IMG/VR virus record: IMGVR_UViG_3300045988_092736 | Location: 43,380-107,379 of that record | Source: a virus | Direction: 5' to 3' (one strand) | DNA length: 64,000 bases | Shown here: positions 1-8,671 of the stretch, piece by piece | Position numbering within the stretch: the stretch's first letter is position 1 | Layout: each line of letters begins with the position of its first letter | Notes under the pieces: generated by a model | What the model was told of the DNA's origin: nothing | The model's input: the letters and a program-made list of their open reading frames with translations, nothing else | Databases searched by the model: none | Made by a program: the position numbers and the translations under genes

Positions 1-74
1 TTTGAGATTAGAAAAAATCTTATTGACGATAAGCAGAAGCATGCTATTTGGTTAGCAATCAAAGCTATTGATTA

Positions 75-299
75 TTGTATAAGATTGAGGAAAGGATATT
101 AACAGATAGTAATATGAAAGCAAGTGAGTTGATAGAGCATTTAAAATCTTACATTGACATCACGGGTGGAGATTGTGAAATGCTTGTATTTGACAAAGCA
201 GAAGGTGTTTCTTGTGATATTAACGATACTACCAGTGATGGCGATTATGTGTTTCTGCACATTTCATCTGATAAATACACAACGAAGACACCAGAGTAA
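75..299 (+). CDS. hypothetical protein (74 aa)
   Basis: Intact ORF, co-oriented, directly upstream of the radical-SAM gene. Confidence 0.35.
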   Translation: MYKIEERILTDSNMKASELIEHLKSYIDITGGDCEMLVFDKAEGVSCDINDTTSDGDYVFLHISSDKYTTKTPE

Positions 300-334
300 C
301 CAACCATCCCTTATGGGATATAAATATAAGGAAT

Positions 335-1117
335 ATGAAGGAATTAAGAAAGAAAACATTTAAAAATGGTGTCGTGTATTGCCTTCAATTAGAAGATGGC
401 TTTCTAGTTGAAACTACAGACACGTTCTTACCTTATTACACCAAAGATGCAATAGGCAGACATCAAAACAAGCTTGATAACAATGAGCTTGGCGACCGTA
501 CAGAACGTTGGATGATTGGAGTATCTACAATGAGTGGGTGTCCAGTAAGATGCAAATTTTGCGCTACAGGCAACATGAAACGTTATCGCAATCTTACGGC
601 AGAAGAAATTGTAGAGCAGGTTGAATTTGCCGTCAATAAGGCAGGTGCTGACCCAAGCAAAGCAAAAGAGTTTAAAGTTAACTATACTCGTATGGGCGAG
701 CCATTTCTTAATATTGATGCAGTCAAAGAGGCTATTCGTATTATTACGGAGAAATATCCTAATACTCATCATTATGTATCAACGATTGGTATTAAGGGTA
801 GTGATTTCTCTTTCATTAATGGAAATATCACATTGCAGATTAGTTTGCATTCATTTGATGATGACAAGCGAAATTGGTTGATTCCTTATAAGAACAAAAT
901 GACAATTAAGGAGTTGGGACAGATTCGCACAGAAAGCAATCTGAAGACTACAATCAATCTTACACTTGTTGACACTTCTGATTTTGATGCAGAAAAGCTG
1001 AAAAAATGGTTTGATAAGGAGCATTTCTTCGTGAAGTTGTCTCCTATTAATGTGAATAACATATCAGAGAAAAATCACCTCGGCAATGGTGTTGTAGAAG
1101 GAATTAATTTAGTATGA
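335..1117 (+). CDS. radical SAM protein, RlmN/Cfr fold, lacking the N-terminal HhH domain and both class-A methyl-transfer cysteines
   Basis: 'GCPVRCKFCATG' matches the RlmN CxxxCxxC context (GCALECKFCSTA). 'NLTAEEIVEQV', 'MGEPFLN' and 'ISLHS' align with RlmN 'NLRVSEIIGQVW', 'MGMGEPLLN' and 'ISLHA'. No Cys at the C118- or C355-equivalent positions. Confidence 0.7.
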   Translation: MKELRKKTFKNGVVYCLQLEDGFLVETTDTFLPYYTKDAIGRHQNKLDNNELGDRTERWMIGVSTMSGCPVRCKFCATGNMKRYRNLTAEEIVEQVEFAVNKAGADPSKAKEFKVNYTRMGEPFLNIDAVKEAIRIITEKYPNTHHYVSTIGIKGSDFSFINGNITLQISLHSFDDDKRNWLIPYKNKMTIKELGQIRTESNLKTTINLTLVDTSDFDAEKLKKWFDKEHFFVKLSPINVNNISEKNHLGNGVVEGINLV

Positions 1118-1881
1118 AAAAGGGTATTTTCAGATATAGAATTATCACAAATCTGAATTGCAACATGAACGAAAGTACAGGAGTAAACGGAAATTGTTAC
1201 TTCTGCTACCAAAAGTTTAAGTCACCATTGCGACTGGATTGTGATAAGATGGAGGAAACTTTGAAGAAGGTTGGTGTTCTGAAAAGAGCAACTATCATGG
1301 GTGGTGAGAGTTTACTTAACCCAGAATTGGTAAAGATTGTAAAGATAGTCAGCAACTATACGTCAGATGGTATTTGTCTTGTTACAAATGGAATACTGCT
1401 TAATGAGGACATCATCGTAGCATTGAAAGATGCTGGATTAACTGAGGTTGCTATCAGTGTGTCTTCTATCGAGCAGTACGAAAGACGTAGAGACATGGCA
1501 CTTCAGTGTAAAGAGATTATTCCAAACACAAGAATAAACATTCCTAAGTGTAAGGAAAGCTTGAATCCACAATTGTTGGAAACAATACTGGAAGATGGCT
1601 TCTATAGCATTGTTTGTGAAGATTTACAGGCTAGATATGGTGAGATAAGACTCCCAAAAGGTTCTGTAAAGGTTGGCGATGACGGGTATGGATTTTACGA
1701 TTACAAGTGGAATGGTCATACATTTGGAGTATTTGGCAATTATGGGAAGTACAACCGAAGTGATATTATCGTAACTCCTCTTGGAAATTTCTGCGATTGG
1801 GAAAAGTACTGCAAGGCCGTTAAGAACAATGAACTTGTAAGAAGAAACAATCATATTGATGATGACAAAATTGTGCATTGA
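1114..1881 (+). CDS. second radical-SAM-like protein (MoaA/SPASM-like core, non-canonical Cys spacing)
   Basis: 'CNMNESTGVNGNCYFCY' gives Cx12CxxC. 'MGGESLLNPELV' is GGEP-like, 'LVTNG' and 'AISVSS' resemble core radical-SAM motifs. 4-nt overlap with the upstream gene. Confidence 0.5.
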   Translation: MKKGIFRYRIITNLNCNMNESTGVNGNCYFCYQKFKSPLRLDCDKMEETLKKVGVLKRATIMGGESLLNPELVKIVKIVSNYTSDGICLVTNGILLNEDIIVALKDAGLTEVAISVSSIEQYERRRDMALQCKEIIPNTRINIPKCKESLNPQLLETILEDGFYSIVCEDLQARYGEIRLPKGSVKVGDDGYGFYDYKWNGHTFGVFGNYGKYNRSDIIVTPLGNFCDWEKYCKAVKNNELVRRNNHIDDDKIVH

Positions 1882-2302
1882 TTTCGGGAGTGGCTATAAT
1901 CCAAAGACTGGATATAAAACTTGCGATGTAACAACCCTTCCACAATTGGACTTCCTGTATGATGGAAAAGATGAGATTGTCGGACTAAGAGAAAAATCAG
2001 TAGATGTATTCTATCTAAGAAACGTTGTTCATCATATCCCAGACTTACAGAGAACCTTCACAACCTTGAAGAAGTATCTGAAGGTAGGTGGAAAGCTGGT
2101 TATCATTGACTGCAATCAAGGTCATTACAAGACAAATGTATTTCTTGACAATTTGTGGTATAGATTTGTTGGCAACAACCACGAAATCTTTATCAGTAAA
2201 CAGTATAGAGATTACATCAATGTTTTGATCAAGTTAGGCTTTAAGCAATTATATTATAAATCATTTAAAGAAAAGGAGATTACTAAGTATGAATGCAATT
2301 AA
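1856..2302 (+). CDS. class I SAM-dependent methyltransferase
   Basis: Motif I 'IDFGSGYN', post-II 'DVFYLRNVVHHI', motif III 'LKVGGKLVIID'. Confidence 0.6.
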   Translation: MMMTKLCIDFGSGYNPKTGYKTCDVTTLPQLDFLYDGKDEIVGLREKSVDVFYLRNVVHHIPDLQRTFTTLKKYLKVGGKLVIIDCNQGHYKTNVFLDNLWYRFVGNNHEIFISKQYRDYINVLIKLGFKQLYYKSFKEKEITKYECN

Positions 2303-2458
2303 GAATCAATTGGAAAAGATGGGTTACGATTATGCAGTAGCAATCGCAACAAAGGCTGAAATTGAGAATGGAGCTGCTTGTGGTCAGCTCGCTATTATTT
2401 GTGAGTAAGTAATTAATCACCCTCTCCTGTAAAAGGGAGAGGGTAAAAAGAAAAGAAT

Positions 2459-2707
2459 ATGAGATTAAGTGAATATAAAGCAGGTACTATCTTAGTTGCT
2501 AATGATGGTAAAGTGTTTATCCATGATGGCTTTGTTAACGCTGATGGATATGGTGTGATAATTGGTGAGGATTCTGATGGAATGATTCAGAAATCCAATG
2601 GTATTGGCAATTGGATGAAGTGTCACATTAAAGGTGTTGCGACAAAAGAACAGATTAGTGGGTTCTTTGCCAAGGTTCGTAAAACACAGAAAATTATCAA
2701 TTACTAA
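2459..2707 (+). CDS. hypothetical protein
   Basis: ORF preceded by a perfect hairpin plus the 'GAGGGTAAAAA..ATATG' motif, which recurs before 2729. Confidence 0.4.
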   Translation: MRLSEYKAGTILVANDGKVFIHDGFVNADGYGVIIGEDSDGMIQKSNGIGNWMKCHIKGVATKEQISGFFAKVRKTQKIINY

Positions 2708-2728
2708 GGAGGGTAAAAAAAAGAGAAT

Positions 2729-3025
2729 ATGGATTTAGTAATTACAATATTAGGTTGGATTGCATTAGGCGTTATATCTGCTTATCTGTTAGCAATAGTA
2801 GGTAAAATAATCTTTGATGCTGCAACCGCTGATTATAAGTTATACAAGCATGTAAGATTGTGTCGCAAAAGATTGCTAAGACAGCGATATGAAGATTACG
2901 CTTGGCTGTTATTCCAGTTAGAGAAAGATACGGAAGTTTTCAATCTTACTCATAACACAAGAGATTGGACTTTTGAAGATTGGAGAGAATTTTATCTTAA
3001 AAAAGCAAAGGAGGATAAGCAATGA
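2729..3025 (+). CDS. hypothetical membrane protein (N-terminal TM helix)
   Basis: Hydrophobic N-terminus 'LVITILGWIALGVISAYLLAIVG'. Confidence 0.4.
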   Translation: MDLVITILGWIALGVISAYLLAIVGKIIFDAATADYKLYKHVRLCRKRLLRQRYEDYAWLLFQLEKDTEVFNLTHNTRDWTFEDWREFYLKKAKEDKQ

Positions 3026-3158
3026 GTAAAGAAAAAGCTAAAGAATACATTAATAATTCCATTGAGATTTTGAACTCTATGAATTGGCTTATAAATACTC
3101 AGAGAACTGAAGCTATAATGTATTTAGATAAAGCACTTAAAGAGTTGGAGGATAGAAT

Positions 3159-3503
3159 ATGATAAGAGAAGAAGTAGAAAGGAATATAGAAAAATGGCGA
3201 GAAATCTCCAGACCTTTTATAGATAAAATGGTCAAATTAAATGTAAGACGCGATGAGTTACTTCGAGAAATGGAACAACTTCAAGAAGACTGTATTAAAG
3301 CCTTGCCTGTTAAAATCGGAGATAAAATTATGGATGAAGATGGGCGTGTGGGTTGGCTTTCCAAAATAGTTCCTTATCGTTCACCATCGGAAAGGTTTAT
3401 GAGGTCAACATTACAATTGACTCTCTTCTTCCATATGGAGAAAAAAGATGGTACTCGTGACACTCATGAGGTTTATGTTCATGGTCTCCCAATCAAACTA
3501 TAA
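3159..3503 (+). CDS. hypothetical protein
   Basis: ORF preceded by 'TTGGAGGATAGAATATG', an SD-like sequence. Confidence 0.4.
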   Translation: MIREEVERNIEKWREISRPFIDKMVKLNVRRDELLREMEQLQEDCIKALPVKIGDKIMDEDGRVGWLSKIVPYRSPSERFMRSTLQLTLFFHMEKKDGTRDTHEVYVHGLPIKL

Positions 3504-3681
3504 CTAATATGACAAGAGAAGAATTACAAAATAAACATGGCGATGCTATCTGTGAGTATTGCAACAAGAACATTATTTCAAAATATAACATCGGCATAGG
3601 TGGGCTTTGCGAAGGGCAGTATTGCGAGGAAGCACAAGATGGCTACGCAGCAGAAAATAACATAGAGTTGGAGGATTAATT

Positions 3682-4023
3682 ATGATTCAAAAGCAGTCAT
3701 GGAAGGATGAAATCAGAATTTTAATAACTGATGAAGAAAATCTTGGCTCAGTTCAAATATCTATTCCGTCATATGTTAGTGATATTTTCGGCAAAGCTGA
3801 TGCTCTAATATATGCACTCTTTGTTGATGATGCTCATAGAAGATGTGGCGTTGCAAAACGTCTGTTACAACTTGCCGAACAACAAGCTAAGTTAAATGGA
3901 GTGAAAATAATCGGGTTGGAATTTAATAAAGATGAATCCGAGAGTTTTGTTTTCGAATGGTATCTGAATAATGGTTATAAGCCATTTAATAAGGAAAGTA
4001 ATTTATTAATTAAAAAAATATAG
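3682..4023 (+). CDS. GNAT family N-acetyltransferase
   Basis: Motif A 'HRRCGVAKRLLQLAE' (R/QxxGxG/A) and beta-strand pattern 'ALIYALFVDD'. Confidence 0.6.
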   Translation: MIQKQSWKDEIRILITDEENLGSVQISIPSYVSDIFGKADALIYALFVDDAHRRCGVAKRLLQLAEQQAKLNGVKIIGLEFNKDESESFVFEWYLNNGYKPFNKESNLLIKKI

Positions 4024-4031
4024 TATTAGTT

Positions 4032-4253
4032 ATGTCATGGTTAGCAGTAGATAAAGGTGGCTGTGAACATATTTTTGCAGAAAAACCTTGCAGAAATGAA
4101 AGTAATACATTATGGATTTGCTCTGTCGTATATTTATATGGGCAGAGGTACGCAAATACCGGTTGCTGTTACCTTCCTAAAGGAAGCATTAAGAAGCTCA
4201 TCGGAAAAGAATTGTCTTGGAAAGATGAGCCTGTCGAACTTAAAGGAGAATAA
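4032..4253 (+). CDS. hypothetical protein, C-terminal module shared with the 56459 gene
   Basis: 'LPKGSIKKLIGKELSWKDEPVELKGE' matches 'LPKGSIKKLIGRELTWSDDAVELKKE' at 56459..56935. Confidence 0.35.
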   Translation: MSWLAVDKGGCEHIFAEKPCRNESNTLWICSVVYLYGQRYANTGCCYLPKGSIKKLIGKELSWKDEPVELKGE

Positions 4254-4372
4254 GTAATGAATGAAAAGATTCAAAAATGTCAAACTTGTTATTATGATAA
4301 TAGGTGTTATTGGCAAGAGTTAGCAGACCATATTCCTATGGATTGCAATGACTATAAAAAGAGGGATAGGAA

Positions 4373-4726
4373 ATGAGCAAAATGAACGTCAAAAAGTCTC
4401 TTCTAGATGTTGTTAAAAGCAATAACTTAGAGATACTAAAAATAGATTTATTCAATGATTTTGAGTTGTTCGTAAGGGAAGGCACTAGGGAACGTAATGA
4501 GTATTGCAAGACTTATGCAACATTAGACGATTTGGATTTTGATGTAGAGGCTTTCTTGCTTAATGATGAAGTACGTGGAATTGTATACTGCCAAGATAAA
4601 GACACAAAAGAACCAGTGTGGATTGAACCTTGGAGTGACGAATGCTATTCTTGGTGGCAGATTAGTAGAGTTCCTGCCTTCTATAAGGATAGACTTAAAG
4701 ATTTAAATATGAAAAAATATGAGTAA
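4373..4726 (+). CDS. hypothetical protein
   Basis: Intact ORF in the co-oriented array. Confidence 0.4.
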   Translation: MSKMNVKKSLLDVVKSNNLEILKIDLFNDFELFVREGTRERNEYCKTYATLDDLDFDVEAFLLNDEVRGIVYCQDKDTKEPVWIEPWSDECYSWWQISRVPAFYKDRLKDLNMKKYE

Positions 4727-5046
4727 AGTATCGGCACTAACAATTATTGATGATATGATTGAAAACTATACTAGAATGATGAACGCAGGAAATAAGAAAG
4801 TTCTTGTAGTTCACGCTAGAAGTTTTCTAAAACTAATCAAGCAAGAGTTAGAACTTAAAGAAGAATAGTTATGGCAAGAATATTCGAAGTAAATATTAGA
4901 GTTACTATTGATTCTAAGTGCAATGATAGTGACGATAATATTATAGAAGAACTTATGTATGGAGCAGATAAATATTTCTATCCATATTGTTGTAATAATG
5001 AACATATAGAGCATACTAATAGTACTGCTCATAAATTAAATAAAAA

Positions 5047-5484
5047 ATGAAAAGTATGCACGAAGAATTTATAGGAGCAGGAGTAGCTAACTTGTTTATT
5101 GAACGAATGAAGTTAGAAGGATGGTTGCCCATTAAAGAGTATTTCAAGATGAAAAAACTTGGAATTGAGCTTGATTGGGTAATGGTTCTTACTATGGAGT
5201 ATGATGGATTTATCGCAATACCAATGGTAGCAGAATATCGTGTTCCACATAAAGATAGTGGGCGAAAATCTGGTTGGTATAAAGACGAGATTGATAATCC
5301 AAACAGGAGAATTGATGATTGGACTAATGTAATTATGTTCAAGCTTATAGATAAGCCTTATATTGACGGAATAAGAGATTCTATTCTTGACAAATATAAA
5401 GAGGTTGAAGGTATTACAGATACTGATGCTTATAATTTATCTTTTAATAAGGCTGTTATTAAGCAATGTAATGGAATTAAATAA
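5047..5484 (+). CDS. hypothetical protein
   Basis: Intact ORF. Confidence 0.4.
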   Translation: MKSMHEEFIGAGVANLFIERMKLEGWLPIKEYFKMKKLGIELDWVMVLTMEYDGFIAIPMVAEYRVPHKDSGRKSGWYKDEIDNPNRRIDDWTNVIMFKLIDKPYIDGIRDSILDKYKEVEGITDTDAYNLSFNKAVIKQCNGIK

Positions 5485-5493
5485 TTATAGCTT

Positions 5494-5886
5494 ATGAAAA
5501 TAGAAAATATCAAGTTCAAGGCTAAACGTCTTGACAATGGAGAATGGGTTGGGGGTTCACTTACATACTCTCAGGGAACGGCATTTATCCATCGTAAAGA
5601 AAGTGATGAAGATGATAGATGTTATTTAACTCCTTACGAAGTAATTCCAGAAACGGTCTGCCAGTTCACAGGAATAATGGACGAAGACTGCAATGAAATT
5701 TGGGAAGGCGATATTGTGCGTGATACCGAAGACCTTATTGGTATAGATAATCTCTATGAGGTAGTTTATATTGAAGAAGAAGGAAATTTTGCCTTCAAGA
5801 GTTTAGATAAAGTTGATAATTACGAGCCATTTGTTAATTTATTTAATGCTTGTGTTGTTGGCAATAAATTCGATAAGGAGAAGTAG
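5494..5886 (+). CDS. YopX-like phage protein
   Basis: 'IKFKAKRLDNGEW' and 'CQFTGIMDEDCNEIWEGDIV' match YopX 'KFRAWDKK' and 'QYTGLKDKNGKEIYEGDIV'. Paralog at 57229. Confidence 0.55.
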   Translation: MKIENIKFKAKRLDNGEWVGGSLTYSQGTAFIHRKESDEDDRCYLTPYEVIPETVCQFTGIMDEDCNEIWEGDIVRDTEDLIGIDNLYEVVYIEEEGNFAFKSLDKVDNYEPFVNLFNACVVGNKFDKEK

Positions 5887-5889
5887 CGT

Positions 5890-6213
5890 ATGAATTACAA
5901 AAAGGTACTAACGAGATACATTCAAGGAAGGCTGTCGGAATTATCTAATGTTGACGCTTATGAACCAAACAAGTTAACATTAACTAATCTGTTGTGGTTT
6001 CTTGGCAAGGCTACCAGTAATGAAGTGATTGTCGCAAAGCTTAAAATCATGGTTGATGCAGACATTAAAAGAAAGAAATATCTAAGTAGATACGATGGTA
6101 ATGAATCATTATACGATGATGATTATTCCAAGGCGGTAGGCACTATCGGAAAGAAATGCTTGTCGTATTTACGAAACTGCAAGATGCAAATAAGGCAAGC
6201 CAAGAAGATTTAG
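5890..6213 (+). CDS. hypothetical protein whose 3' end overlaps the start of a KIRQAKKI-family copy
   Basis: Ends 'KMQIRQAKKI' followed by TAG. Confidence 0.4.
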   Translation: MNYKKVLTRYIQGRLSELSNVDAYEPNKLTLTNLLWFLGKATSNEVIVAKLKIMVDADIKRKKYLSRYDGNESLYDDDYSKAVGTIGKKCLSYLRNCKMQIRQAKKI

Positions 6214-6330
6214 AAGATCCGGAATGATTATTGGTGGTCAAGAAGATATTGGTATAAGTTGGGGTTTGACCAATTGTGTTCTAAATGTCATCGAATCACC
6301 AAGGCGATAAATTTAACTAAAAAGAAGTAG
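6184..6330 (+). pseudogene. 'MKIRQAKKIM' family member with an in-frame TAG at codon 10, where paralogs have ATG
   Basis: ATG CAA ATA AGG CAA GCC AAG AAG ATT TAG AAG ... continues in frame to '...CHRITKAINLTKKK' then TAG. Homologous to the copies at 7098, 7429 and 58750. Confidence 0.35.
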
Positions 6331-6333
6331 CGT

Positions 6334-6705
6334 ATGTGTAGATATTTAAATGTTACTATCGGTGAGAAGGAGTTTGATGAAATCAAGCAAGGCAAGGTAA
6401 AAATATTATGTTTACCTTGCATACCACGTTGGTGTCATACTCTTATTGATGGTGTAAAGATAGAAGGTGAACCAAATCAAATAAAAGTCAAAATGATTAA
6501 TGGCGAACCTCATATTCAGTATGGGCGTTCCATATACCATATCTTTAAAAAAATTGATTATGTCCAACTTTTCTGTAGGGTAGGTTCTCAAACAAGAGTT
6601 CTAAGTAAGGATTGCGCAGGTTTCAGTATTGAGACTACTCAAACGAAAAAGGGAAATGGTTTTATCGAGTATAAGCCAAAAAACTTTGTTGTTCATCTAA
6701 AATAA
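6334..6705 (+). CDS. hypothetical protein
   Basis: Starts at an 'AAGAAGTAGCGTATG' junction. Confidence 0.4.
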   Translation: MCRYLNVTIGEKEFDEIKQGKVKILCLPCIPRWCHTLIDGVKIEGEPNQIKVKMINGEPHIQYGRSIYHIFKKIDYVQLFCRVGSQTRVLSKDCAGFSIETTQTKKGNGFIEYKPKNFVVHLK

Positions 6706-6713
6706 TATGACGT

Positions 6714-7094
6714 ATGAATATAGCAATTTTATATCTTAGTATGAGCTTTATCTACATCTTGCTTGTTTGTTTGGATGGAGAAGATGTTAAGCCAAAATGG
6801 AAGCAATGGCTAGCTGACGAATTAGGCATCAAACCGAAGATAGAGGTTAGATACATAAAGCCACAAGTTATTAAGCTTCATTCAAGAGTTGAAATGTCAT
6901 ACTTTGATACGCAGTATTATGGTCGTGATAAATCGGGCATGGAGCAATTGAAGAGAAGAGCAATAGAAAGTGTGTACGATGAAATTCTTAAGGGAATGAA
7001 GAAAAACGGATTGGTTTCCATTTCGCAATATAATGACATTTATAGTAATAACACTATTTATGAGGGGACATGTGAAATTTATAAAAACAAGTAA
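6714..7094 (+). CDS. hypothetical protein with N-terminal TM helix
   Basis: 'MNIAILYLSMSFIYILLVCL'. Confidence 0.4.
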   Translation: MNIAILYLSMSFIYILLVCLDGEDVKPKWKQWLADELGIKPKIEVRYIKPQVIKLHSRVEMSYFDTQYYGRDKSGMEQLKRRAIESVYDEILKGMKKNGLVSISQYNDIYSNNTIYEGTCEIYKNK

Positions 7095-7097
7095 TGT

Positions 7098-7421
7098 ATG
7101 AAGATTAGACAAGCTAAGAAAATTATGAATATGATGGAGAGAGGAACGGACACACGTTACTTCGATTCCAAATATACATTTAAGAAAGAGAGTAGATTCA
7201 TTCCTAGATTAAAGAATCTCTATCAGAAAGCAACTATCAGATGGAATAAGGTAAATATGTCGAGTGCCAACGTTAGTTTGTTTCGTTCAATTTTGAGAAC
7301 TTCAAAGGAATGCAGTCGTTGTAAACATTTCAATGGTATGCTTGCAGGAAGATGTACTAAACTACATAAGTATGTTGAAAGCAGCGATTGGTGTCATGGA
7401 ATTTTTTTTTGCAGAAAGTGA
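7098..7421 (+). CDS. 'MKIRQAKKIM' family protein
   Basis: Shared N-terminus with the copies at 7429 and 58750. Confidence 0.4.
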   Translation: MKIRQAKKIMNMMERGTDTRYFDSKYTFKKESRFIPRLKNLYQKATIRWNKVNMSSANVSLFRSILRTSKECSRCKHFNGMLAGRCTKLHKYVESSDWCHGIFFCRK

Positions 7422-7428
7422 GGTTGAC

Positions 7429-7698
7429 ATGAAAATAAGACAAGCTAAGAAGATAATGAAGGAAGTCTATAAAACCCGATATTGGGCTTATAGGCAAGGC
7501 TATTATTGTGGCAAGATGGATGCAGGAAAGCTAGCCGGAGACCATCGTTTGTTAAAGGCTATGCGTCTTACAAAGAAGTGGGAAAGCCGCAAGATACGAA
7601 ATGATGTGAATAAAATACTGGAGAAGAATCCGTTCAAACCGAGGGATCTTCAACGTAGTGTTTTAAGATTGAAAAGATATGGATGTAGCAAAGCTTAA
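7429..7698 (+). CDS. 'MKIRQAKKIM' family protein
   Basis: ATG at 7429 gives MKIRQAKKIMKEVYKTRYWAYRQ. The upstream in-frame extension from 7333 is probably not translated. Confidence 0.4.
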   Translation: MKIRQAKKIMKEVYKTRYWAYRQGYYCGKMDAGKLAGDHRLLKAMRLTKKWESRKIRNDVNKILEKNPFKPRDLQRSVLRLKRYGCSKA

Positions 7699-8014
7699 TC
7701 AGGAAATTTTAGGCGTAGATTTGGAATACAAAAACGTCTATATTGATGCGGAGAATACGAGGATGATACGTGTCAAATTACCTGATGGGTATTGCGATCT
7801 GGTTCGCACAAATGTGTGGAATGGTCGTGTGAATCATCCGGAAGAGCATGATATTGTAAAATATACGGCAATCTCTTGGTATAGAGAAGAATTTGTCGGT
7901 GGAGTTGATTTAGGTCGCAACTACATGCATGCTAAATATAAGTTCTTCGAGTTGGTTGTGAATAAAAAATATATTTTGGAAATGAAACATAAGAAAAATG
8001 AAAATGCTAGATAA
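7679..8014 (+). CDS. hypothetical protein
   Basis: Intact ORF. Confidence 0.4.
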   Translation: MDVAKLNQEILGVDLEYKNVYIDAENTRMIRVKLPDGYCDLVRTNVWNGRVNHPEEHDIVKYTAISWYREEFVGGVDLGRNYMHAKYKFFELVVNKKYILEMKHKKNENAR

Positions 8015-8426
8015 TAAGTTAATCATAGATATTCCTAAAGGAATGGAAGTGGACATTGAAAAAAGTGACTTGAAAGTGGGCATTATAGCATTCAAGAAGA
8101 GACCATTCAGCTATGAGGATGTTATATCTACTTTAATAGACCGTGGCCTTAGCCCTGTCGTTGCTAATGTTACTAATAGTAATGTAGAGAAAATTGTTGC
8201 ATTGGATAAGTTAATGGATATAGCTAAGTGTTATAATGGAGATTGGAAACCGGATTGGAATTCTAATGAACATAAGTATAATATCATGCGAACCCGTGAA
8301 TATGGTATTACTTCTTGTAGTAGTTATAACGAGGGAGCTATTTACTTCAAGAACAAAGAAGATGCCCAAGCCGTTATTGATAATCCGAATTTCAGAAGCA
8401 TTCTTGATGCAATCTATAAGGACTAA
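7998..8426 (+). CDS. hypothetical protein
   Basis: Intact ORF. Confidence 0.4.
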   Translation: MKMLDNKLIIDIPKGMEVDIEKSDLKVGIIAFKKRPFSYEDVISTLIDRGLSPVVANVTNSNVEKIVALDKLMDIAKCYNGDWKPDWNSNEHKYNIMRTREYGITSCSSYNEGAIYFKNKEDAQAVIDNPNFRSILDAIYKD

Positions 8427-8431
8427 GGCTT

Positions 8432-8671
8432 ATGAAGGAAATGTTCTTTAAAAGTGTAAAGTTCCGTGAAGTTCAGCATTTGGCATTCTCGGATGAATAT
8501 ATAACTGCATACGTATCGGTGAACCATGTTCCTAAGATACACCTAAGTGTAAATACACCTCGTGATGAATATGGGTTTGCGAAAGGTAAATCAAAGCGTT
8601 ACTTTAGAGTGGGGTTTGGAAAATGGCTCACCGAACGAGCGTTTGTTAAGAAATATTTTAGTGAAGAATAA
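8432..8671 (+). CDS. hypothetical protein
   Basis: Intact ORF. Confidence 0.35.
   Translation: MKEMFFKSVKFREVQHLAFSDEYITAYVSVNHVPKIHLSVNTPRDEYGFAKGKSKRYFRVGFGKWLTERAFVKKYFSEE

Noticed and set aside
7333-7428. N-terminal extension of ORF 7333..7698
   Set aside because: Family alignment shows the conserved start MKIRQAKKIM at 7429. The extension overlaps the end of 7098..7421.
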